Positions 53,581-64,000 of a DNA stretch of 64,000 nt are shown in pieces. This stretch comes from Octopus vulgaris (lineage: Eukaryota): positions 88,970,001-89,034,000 of the forward strand of contig OX597821.1 of NCBI GenBank assembly GCA_951406725.2, written 5' to 3'. The position numbers were made by a program, and so were the translations under genes. The number at the start of each line of letters is the position of its first letter. The stretch's first letter is position 1. The notes below the pieces were generated by a model. It did not search any database and was not told the origin of the DNA. It saw nothing but the letters and a program-made list of their open reading frames with translations.

Positions 53581-53923
53581 TTAAACAGGTTAGATATTAC
53601 CTTGATGATGAAGACAACGAATATCTTTGGATAAGTGCATTTCTAAAAAGAATTTTAGCACCGTACGTATGTACGAGGTGTGTGTGAAAATTCTTGAGCC
53701 TAAAAAGAAACACATCGTACAAAACTTCTGATGAAGGTACAAGACTCAAAGGCCTTCAAGGCTCAACCCTTTTCATAAACCCCTCGTATATATATACGCC
53801 GTATGTAAATCGCTTTGGCTACCGACAAATTTTTCTGCTATAAAAAAAAAGGATTTTATCCTTTTTGTATATATATATACTGTTCAGTATTTATGCGTTG
53901 AATAAAGTTTATCTTTCTACTTG

Positions 53924-53959
<36 letters not shown>

Positions 53960-54507
53960 TGTCACACGCATATATAGATACAAAGATAGATACAGGGACA
54001 TGTATGCATATATAAATACACACACACTCTCTCACACACACACACACATAGATATATATAAACTGCTAGTGTGACATTAAAATTAGACGCTTTTAGAGGT
54101 GATCATCATCATCAGCAGCAGCAGAAGTAGCAGTAGCAGTAGTAGGAGTAGTTGTGGTTGTAGTAGTAGCAGCAGCAGCAGCAGCAACACTAGCAGTAGC
54201 AGTAGCATCGATAGTACCAGTTTTTGTTGACTGCAATCATTATTAACAGAATAATCAATGCTGTTGAAAGCCTTCAAGACATGATGTAACAAAAGCAATG
54301 CAGAGAAAAGAGAGCACCTATTGAGAAATGTCAAAAGCAATTTCCTTAATCAAAGACGTTTTGTTATTTTTTTTAGTAATTATGTATAACAAAATGCTAC
54401 AGTCAGCATTAAACAATAAGTACCCATTAAGTTGTATTTCTAGATTACTGCGGTGACAATGACAACAAATCATAGAAAACAACAACAAAATCAAGAACAC
54501 CAGCAAC

Positions 54508-54576
<69 letters not shown>

Positions 54577-54615
54577 TATTAATAATAATAATAATAATAA
54601 TAATAATGATAATAA

Positions 54616-54833
54616 TAAAAAATATTCAGACAAATACATAACAAAAACACCAGGACTTACAAACACATAACATACAGAAAATTGCACTACTAGGCACTGC
54701 ACACATACTACGCAGAGCACTTTCCATACAATAACCATCAGAGCATCACAACAAATCACAGCACATACCCAAAGCACACAGAGCTGCGCTCGGTAGTGAA
54801 GTGAAAGCACACTATAAGAATAAAACTACTGAA
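54616..54833 (+). mobile_element. R4/Dong-like 3' end inside (TAA)n
   Basis: IQKIALLGTAHILRRALS plus shared 3' UTR ending aactactgaa; long (TAA)n on both sides. Confidence 0.85.
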
Positions 54834-54841
54834 TAATAATG

Positions 54842-54926
<85 letters not shown>

Positions 54927-54948
54927 CGATGATGATGATTATGATGAT

Positions 54949-55858
54949 GGTTTTAAATTTTGGCACAAGGCTAGCAATTTTGGGACGGGGATAAATCGAT
55001 TAGATCGACCCAAGAGTTCATTTGGAACTTGTTTTACCGACTCCGAAAGGATGAAAGGCAAAGGCGACCTGGTTGATATGTAAACTCAGAACGTAAAGAC
55101 GAATGAAACGCCATTAAAAATTTTGCCCGGCATCCTATCGATTCTGCCAGCACACCGCCTTTATAATCCTATGTGCCATAGGTGCAAGGCCTGAAATTTG
55201 GTGGGAAAAAGCCAGTCAATGAGATCGACTCCACTAGGCAACTGGTACTTGATTTATCGACCCCCAAACGATAAAAGGCAAGGTCGACCTCGCCGGAATT
55301 TGAACTCGGACCGTAAAGACAGACGAAATACTTATTTCTTTACTACCCACAAGGGGCTATACACAGGAAGTCTTAGAATGTAACGACAAACGAAATACCA
55401 CTAGGCATTTCGCCCGGCATGCTAACGTTTCTGCCAGCTAGCTGCCTTTGCTAGGTTTACCGAGGATGTTTTTCAAGAAACTCATCAAGGACAGACAAAC
55501 GGATTAAGTCGATTACATCGACCCAAGTGCGTAACTGGTACTTAATTTATCGACCCCGAAAGGATGAACGGCAAAGTCGACCTCGGCGAAATTTGAACTA
55601 AAAACGTAAAAACAGATGAAATACCTATTTCTTTACTACTCACAAGGAACAAAATATAGAGTGGACAAACAAGGATAGACAAAGGGATTAAGTCGATTAT
55701 ATCGACCCCAGTGCATAACTGGTATTTAATTTATCGACCCCGAAAGGATGAAAAGCAAAGTCGATCTCGGCGGAATTTGAACTCAGCACGTAGCGGCAGA
55801 CGAAATACCGCTAGATATTTCGCCCGGCGTGCTAACGTTTCTGCCAGCTCGCCAGCTT
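54949..55858 (-). mobile_element. Cluster of tandem/multimeric SINE family B copies
   Basis: Three head-bearing copies (~54949-55161, ~55165-55449, ~55490-55858); the last is a 184-bp-period dimer. Confidence 0.85.
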
Positions 55859-56325
55859 AATAATAGCAATAATAACATATTTTATTAGTCACAGGGCCAT
55901 AGCTGTAGCGGACTTTACAAGGACAGGTAACTATTTATTTGTGGATTTCATAAAGGATTGGAGAAAGAAATGGAAAAAACGGCGAAATAAATTTGACGTA
56001 TTATACAAGGTATCTGATATTATGACATACACATATACATGCACATCTACGCACATCCATACTCATAGGCATATATACGGAAATTTCTAAAAACACTAAG
56101 ACTTCCTTGTTATTTTACCTGTTGTCTAGGGTAACCATTCCCATTCGAATCCTTTTTGTTTTCCAAAAGTTTCAATAACATTATCTTATTTGAATTATCT
56201 AATGTGATTTTAGATTTTCCGTTTTAAAGACTCAAACAGCAACATTATGTCTCTTAATTGAATTGCCAATCCCTATATATTAATCAAAGAGATAGTGCAG
56301 ACGGCATAGTCTAGATGGAACCCTA

Positions 56326-56683
56326 CGTATGTATGTATGTATGTATGTATGTATGTATGTATGTATGTATGTATGTATGTATGTATGTATGTGTGTATTT
56401 ATTTATGTATGTATGTATGTGTGTGTATGTATGCCTGTATGTATGTGTGTGTGTATGTACGTAAACATGCATATATCTATACATGCATGTATGTGTATGT
56501 ATGCATGGTGGTACGTATGTATGTGATTCTATCTGCACACATATATGTGTATGAATATATGAATAATGGTTTACACACACACACACACATATATATGCAT
56601 ATATGATATGTAATATACATAATGGCATACGCAAATACATATATACATCTTTATCTACATGTATGTATATGTATATATATATG

Positions 56684-56719
<36 letters not shown>

Positions 56720-56728
56720 GTATATACA

Positions 56729-56764
<36 letters not shown>

Positions 56765-56786
56765 TGTATGTATGTATGTATATATG

Positions 56787-56840
<54 letters not shown>
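56326..56840. repeat. (TATG)n/(TA)n mosaic
   Basis: Visible. Confidence 0.9.
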
Positions 56841-56842
<2 letters not shown>

Positions 56843-57340
56843 GATTTTCCATAAATAAGTTTAAGAGAATTATATAGAAAGGAGTCATTTTGAGGAGAAT
56901 AAAATGGAACAGAATGAGATTGGTAGAGAGCTGAGCGGTGAAGGAAAATAAAAGATCTCAGTATGCAAGAAAAGGAAGTTATTTCGCTTGCAAGCCGAAA
57001 TGTCTAAGGAATTCATAAAAGGAAGATACAAAATGTAACATATTTCCATAGGGAAAGAAGCATGATAAAGACCATTAGCAATAGGATGCAGGTAGAAGTC
57101 TTGTAACAATTGACATACTTTCATTGACCTTTGGCCTGCTTTTGTGTTATCGGTAATTCTTTTCTTTAATCAAACTTTTTTTTTTCTTTTGTTACATTCG
57201 TCATTTCTACTTAACCTTGAGAGGAGGATTCTAGCTTTTTGTGTGAATGTCTCTTTCAGACAGCTTCGTAAGATGTGTTTGAATATGCATATGAGGGTGT
57301 GTATGCATGTATGTATGTAAGTATGTGTGTATATATGTAT

Positions 57341-57378
<38 letters not shown>

Positions 57379-57602
57379 ACACACATACACACATATATAC
57401 ATATATATATATATGTATACACACATACACACACACACATATATATATACATATATATAAATATATGTCATCGTATATATTGATAAATACCTACAAGTTA
57501 TATATGCATATGTATATATACATTTACATGCATAAATATATATGTATATATTTATAGATGTGAATCTACGAATGCATATATATGTAACCTGTATACATTT
57601 AA

Positions 57603-57675
<73 letters not shown>

Positions 57676-57679
57676 TAGT

Positions 57680-57748
<69 letters not shown>

Positions 57749-58088
57749 GCATCGCCGACCGTTTCAATAAAGACTCAGCTCAACTGCTTACTCTGTAAGA
57801 TTGTAAAAACAATGTCTCACAGATTTTTCTAGCCCAAATTATAATCACAAAACAGAGAAAAAATATGCAAGGTTGTCCAGTTGCATCGCAGGTAAACTAT
57901 TTTTTAAAAAGCTACCATATTTACCCTCTGCCCAACTTATCTCTGAAGTCTAGTCTCGAAACGGGTCCATGAAAAAAATATCTAATATAATACACTATAC
58001 GATAAAATCAGCTTTCTCTCATAAGTATGTATGTGTGTATGTAGCTAAGTATGTATGTATGTGCGAATGTATATATGTATGTATATAA

Positions 58089-58319
58089 GGCGACGAGCTG
58101 GCAGAAACGTTAGCACGCCGGGCGAAATGCGTAGCCGTATATCGTTTGCCGTTACGTTCTGGGTTCAAATTCCACCGTGGTCGACTTTGCCTTTTATCCT
58201 TTCGAGGTCGATAAATTAAGTACCAGTTACGCACTGGGGTTGATGTAATCGACTTAATCCGTTTGTCTGTCCTCGTTTCTCCCCTCTGCGTTTAGCCCCT
58301 TCTGGGTAGTAAAGAAATA
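58089..58319 (+). mobile_element. SINE family B (full length)
   Basis: Near-identical to 6367-6597; possible low-complexity 17-bp TSD atatatgtatgtatata. Confidence 0.9.
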
Positions 58320-59730
58320 TATATGTATGTATATATGCTTGTTCATATGTATGTATTTATGTGCAGGAATGTATGCATATACATGTATATATAGATGTGA
58401 CTGCCTCCCCTGTGCCTGTATACTAATATGCGTATGTATCTGTATACGAACGTTTCTTTAAGTCATGGATTCATACATCACATCACACGTAGGAATGCAT
58501 AAACGAATGTGTTTACTGCGTGCATTCGTGTGTTCCGGAATAGGTATACATATATGCATACATATATACTCTACACATGTGTAGGCTACCACACAAACAC
58601 ATACAACAGACACTCACATAACCACACATATACATGCATGCACATGCTCCATTCAAGATATATATATGTATAATTGTCATAAATATTCTTTATATGTTGA
58701 TAATGAGTAGAAGTTTATGCATAGATTATACATAAATATATATGCGTCCGCATGTTTCTTCGTATATATGTCTGTAGAAACATATGCAGCTTTTTTACGT
58801 TTTTATTTTTTGTGTATACAACATTTTTCTCTACATTTATTCAGATTATATTCTGAGAATTCATTTTAAATGTATTATTTCTAAACCTTCTATCTTTGCC
58901 TTGAATGGTTTTATAACATTTCCTACCCCTAATCCCTTCAATCTTTTCACATTTCCATTCTCTTCATAATATGGTTAAAGGTAAAAACAATTTCATTGAA
59001 AAAGATTTTACGTATTACAAAACTTTATTCTTATCCATTTTGCAAAACATTTTCTTTTAATATTCTCTCTCAATTTTGTTTTGATTTTTTCACAAATTTT
59101 ATTTTAGTTTGACTTTCTTAATTTTACTTCATCTTCTCTTTTCCATTTTATATTTCTGAATATAGTTTAAGCTATGCTTATTTTTGTTCTTTTGGATTTT
59201 CATTCTTTATCTGTTTGTGATATTCTCAAAGAATACAGACACACAAAAGCAATCACACACACACACACACACATACAGACACACTCGTATATATTCGTAT
59301 ACATGTACATATATATATACATTCACATACATACGCACATATACACATACATGCATATAGACACAGATATATTTACACAGATATATAAATTAGCTTCTTT
59401 TATTCTTTCGCTCTTCATTGTCTTTCAGCTTTTACATACTCCCCTTTCTATCCAGCCAGCTTTTTTATGTTCTTCGTTCCTTAACGTTATATTTCTTTAA
59501 TCCCATCCATCTACAATATTTTTTTTTGTTTTTTTTTTGTTAGACAGAAATATTGTTATCTAGTTATCTACCTTCTATCAACCTATCTACCTTCCTATGT
59601 CTCTTACAATCGCAGCATAACTCATTTTGTCTAAGACTTAGTACAATCATACAGCAACACATATGCATACATAGATTCATATACATATGCGTATACATAT
59701 AAAGATACTGCAATATATGTATGTATATAC

Positions 59731-59767
<37 letters not shown>

Positions 59768-59768
59768 A

Positions 59769-59799
<31 letters not shown>

Positions 59800-60578
59800 G
59801 AGATATATATATTTATATATATATATATGTATATACATACATATATGTATATAGAAGTATTGGTGTATTTATGTATAGTGTCCCTCTCCCTTTCTATATA
59901 TCAACATTTTCTGTGCATGTATATATATATATATATACATACATACATATATCTGGCTATATGAATGATAATTGTGTTAGAAACGAGAGGAAAGGTTCAT
60001 ATTCTTGGATATAATTATTTATTTATGCGCAGCTTGTACTTCGCCCTGGCGTCTCTCAGATGTCTCAGCTATTCACGTCCGTTCAGGTGACTTTGCTTGG
60101 AAGAAATTATCAAGATAGCATACGAATAAACTGTTTCGCGTACTAATCCCATTCCTGAACTCAACTTGTTAGATATTAATAGTTCGTAATTTGAGAAGGG
60201 AGATAACTCTCAAATTACATATTGTATTGTTTCTTACAGTGAAACCAGCCTAGATGTATATTTAAAAGTGCTGTATTAATTCCCTAGATATCTTAGCGCT
60301 TACTTTAGTAAAATTATTATGCAGACCGCAATTCAAATGAATCTAGTAGTGGTATGAGTCGTAATTTTGACAATAAATTTTGTCTTATCTAAATATGTGA
60401 AGAATGATTTATCTCCGTTCAAGACTTTTACTGGTATTCTTAGTATACAATATCTCAGTCTACTGCAGTTGATGCTCCTTTCTTTACATGGTTCACAGGC
60501 ATCATCGAATATAAATATACATGCATACATACATACACACAGATACACATACATTCACAGATACCTTCCTACCTATCT

Positions 60579-60681
<103 letters not shown>

Positions 60682-60837
60682 AATAATAGTTATCGCCATA
60701 CTAATATGGCATTCTTATAAAAATAAGAAAAAAGCTGTCCGCTTATTAGCTCCATGAGGCCATCGCCTTAAGTTAGCTATTTGATACACAAACTGTATCC
60801 ATATAACCTTCGAACAAGGGAGGTCAGTCGCTCCACA

Positions 60838-60908
60838 CTACTTGACCGGCAGCTACAGACGCGTTTCGGGGTATTGCCCCTTTTCAATGCAGCGTAGCCA
60901 GCCAGTAG
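60838..60908 (-). ncRNA. Type I hammerhead ribozyme (U3-A8 core), copy 1
   Basis: Reverse complement of 62117-62187; core 60852-60893. Confidence 0.8.
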
Positions 60909-61199
60909 GTGTCGCTTCCGACAATCTCTGTTCGATGGTTTTATTTACCTAGTTTCGGTGGAATACATCCACTTGTTTTCAATAATAGAAATATTAAAAT
61001 AACTAAGTCTCTCTAAAAGAGAACAGCGGCAGCGTTCCCGGAAAATAATAGTTATCGCCATACTAATATGGCATTCTTATAAAAATAAGAAAAAAGCTGT
61101 CCGCTTATTAGCTCCATGAGGCCATCGCCTTAAGTTAGCTATTTGATACACAAACTGTATCCATATAACCTTCGAACAAGGGAGGTCAGTCGCTCCACA

Positions 61200-61270
61200 C
61201 TACTTGACCGGCAGCTACAGACGCGTTTCGGGGTATTGCCCCTTTTCAATGCAGCGTAGCCAGCCAGTAG
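61200..61270 (-). ncRNA. Type I hammerhead ribozyme (U3-A8 core), copy 2
   Basis: Identical to copy 1, offset 362. Confidence 0.8.
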
Positions 61271-61561
61271 GTGTCGCTTCCGACAATCTCTGTTCGATGG
61301 TTTTATTTACCTAGTTTCGGTGGAATACATCCACTTGTTTTCAATAATAGAAATATTAAAATAACTAAGTCTCTCTAAAAGAGAACAGCGGCAGCGTTCC
61401 CGGAAAATAATAGTTATCGCCATACTAATATGGCATTCTTATAAAAATAAGAAAAAAGCTGTCCGCTTATTAGCTCCATGAGGCCATCGCCTTAAGTTAG
61501 CTATTTGATACACAAACTGTATCCATATAACCTTCGAACAAGGGAGGTCAGTCGCTCCACA

Positions 61562-61632
61562 CTACTTGACCGGCAGCTACAGACGCGTTTCGGGGTATTG
61601 CCCCTTTTCAATGCAGCGTAGCCAGCCAGTAG
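61562..61632 (-). ncRNA. Type I hammerhead ribozyme (U3-A8 core), copy 3
   Basis: Identical to copy 1, offset 724. Confidence 0.8.
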
Positions 61633-62116
61633 GTGTCGCTTCCGACAATCTCTGTTCGATGGTTTTATTTACCTAGTTTCGGTGGAATACATCCACTTGT
61701 TTTCAATAATAGAAATATTAAAATAACTAAGTCTCTCTAAAAGAGAACAGCGGCAGCGTTCCCGGAAAATAATAGTTATCGCCATACTAATATGGCATTC
61801 TTAGTAGTGTGGAGCGGTCAAGTAGTGTGGAGCGACTGACCTCCCTTGTTCGAAGGTTATATGGATACAGTTTGTGTATCAAATAGCTAACTTAAGGCGA
61901 TGGCCTCATGGAGCTAATAAGCGGACAGCTTTTTTCTTATTTTTATAAGAATGCCATATTAGTATGGCGATAACTATTATTTTCCGGGAACGCTGCCGCT
62001 GTTCTCTTTTAGAGAGACTTAGTTATTTTAATATTTCTATTATTGAAAACAAGTGGATGTATTCCACCGAAACTAGGTAAATAAAACCATCGAACAGAGA
62101 TTGTCGGAAGCGACAC

Positions 62117-62187
62117 CTACTGGCTGGCTACGCTGCATTGAAAAGGGGCAATACCCCGAAACGCGTCTGTAGCTGCCGGTCAAGTAG
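62117..62187 (+). ncRNA. Type I hammerhead ribozyme (U3-A8 core), inverted copy
   Basis: CUAC UGGCUGGC uac GCUGCA UUGAAAA GGGG caaua CCCC GAAA CGCG UC^ UGUAGC u GCCGGUCA a GUAG. Confidence 0.8.
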
Positions 62188-62421
62188 TGTGGAGCGACTG
62201 ACCTCCCTTGTTCGAAGGTTATATGGATACAGTTTGTGTATCAAATAGCTAACTTAAGGCGATGGCCATTTTTTAATATTTCATGGGAGCTACCATAAGC
62301 GGACAGCTTTTTCTTATTTTTATAAGAATGCCATATTAGTATGGCGATAACTGGCGATTATTTTCCGGGAACGCTGCCGCTGTTCTCTTTTAGAGAGACT
62401 TAGTTATTTTAATATTTCTAT

Positions 62422-62519
<98 letters not shown>

Positions 62520-62543
62520 TGTATGTATGTATATGTATATATA

Positions 62544-63630
62544 CAGAGGCATGACAAGTAAAAAGATACCCCATAAAACATAGTTTTATTTTAGCTTGAA
62601 AAGGATTATATTTTTATGTTCCACGTTCTATATGAGACTGTTTAATAATGCCACGTACAAACGAAACCTTGGAACTGTCTAAATTTCAAAGAGGCTGTAT
62701 TGTGGGTCAATCTGGATGTGGAGCTAACGTAAAATCGCAGAAAATCTTGGGATCCCGCTTACTACAGTTAATAGGGTGATTATACAGTTCACCAGAGAGA
62801 GCAATGAGTTCACATCACCGTGTCTATTTCGACCAGCGTCCTCTGACAGGACCCTTTGTCTGTTAAGTGAAGTGTGGAGGATGATCCTCATTGCAAGGCC
62901 TCTGGCATAGCAGAACAAGTTGATGTCAGTCCCAGAGCAGCTGTCAAGTATCTCCACAAACTTGGTTACTATGGCAGAGGAGCAAGAAGCAACCACTTCT
63001 TCAACCAACCAATATCAAGTGGAAAAGCCAATGGGCCAGTGAGATGATGGAGTGGCCGCTAGCATTTTGGGACAATACCATATTCACGGATGAGTCCAGA
63101 TTTGTTGTATTTTCTGAAAGTAGTCAAGTGTGGATCTGGAAACTCTGTGATCAAGAATTTGACATGAAAACATTGCTGCCAAGAACGAAACAAGGTAGTT
63201 ATCCTGCGATGGCCTGGGAAGCAATGGCCAATCAGAGCTGGAGGAGCGTGATGGAAACATAAACTCAGATAAATGGGTCAACTTTGCGGAAAATACTCTT
63301 TTCAATCTTCTCTAGTGGTGAAATGGTTAAGGAGACTGTTTTTTATGGAAGATGGGGCACCTTGATACGCGGCTAAAAAGATTGCTTGGAAAATAATGGC
63401 ATTAATAACCTTCTATACCCAAGCCAGTTACCAGATCTGAAACATAATGAACCTCTCTGAGGTGTGATGGACAGAACACTTCGTAAATAGAATAAGAAAG
63501 CAACATCAAAGCCAGATCTTTTGAGATTACTGCATGAAACTTGGCAAGAAATTCTTCAAGAGAATATTTGTCATCTGACCAGTAGTATGCTTTATAGCAA
63601 AGGTTCCCAACGGGAGCCATATGCACACTC
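62544..63630 (+). mobile_element. Decayed Tc1 (DD34E-type) transposon
   Basis: Starts TA|CAG; ELSKFQRGCIVG, RKIAENLGIPLTTVNRVI (HTH), WDNTIFTDESRF, FMEDGAP, PSQLPDL; many frameshifts; right TIR not seen. Confidence 0.85.
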
Positions 63631-64000
63631 AGGGTACATTTGGAGCTCGATGGAGGTGTTTTGGAGCAAAGGGGCACTAGGGGACGTTAAAAAAATTGGG
63701 GGCTCTATAGGGGCGCTGGAAGACCCTCAACTTTTATAAGTTTAATTTGAAATTAATGAGTAGTAGTCAATATTTTCACATGTCTGTGACAGTGGGTTAA
63801 AGAAAACCATTGTGTTTCAAATTTTCAAAAACTTAAAACACTTTCTCCACTTAAGCGACACCAGGCAAATTTCTGGTATCATGCGTAATTAGTGTCGCTA
63901 AAGTGAAACCCCCAAAGAAAAACTAAAAGTAGATGAATAGTGACGGACGACTAAATGAAAAAGAGGTAATGAGTAAGAGCGAAAAGCTGAATGAGTGTGA

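Overview
AT-rich, microsatellite-dense eukaryotic DNA. The repeat repertoire looks like an octopus/cephalopod genome (inferred from recall, not searched). I can support no intact host protein-coding gene; almost all track ORFs are translations of simple repeats or transposon debris. The window holds many tRNA-derived SINE copies (at least three families), decayed Tc1/mariner/maT transposons, a non-autonomous Helitron, CR1-like and Tx1-like LINE pieces, and R4/Dong-like retrotransposon ends nested in (TAA)n tracts. The main finding is a set of apparently unrelated non-coding elements, mostly beside (TA)n tracts, each carrying a type I hammerhead ribozyme (HHR) fold with a palindromic stem III. 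The best is a 362-bp monomer present as 3+ near-identical tandem copies plus ~1.7 inverted copies (60681-62423). Its HHR has a U3-A8 variant core, and the inverted arm starts ~10 nt after the predicted cleavage site. This matches retrozymes / non-autonomous Penelope-like elements and predicts a 362-nt self-cleaved, possibly circular RNA. All folds and alignments were done by eye; ribozyme activity is inference.
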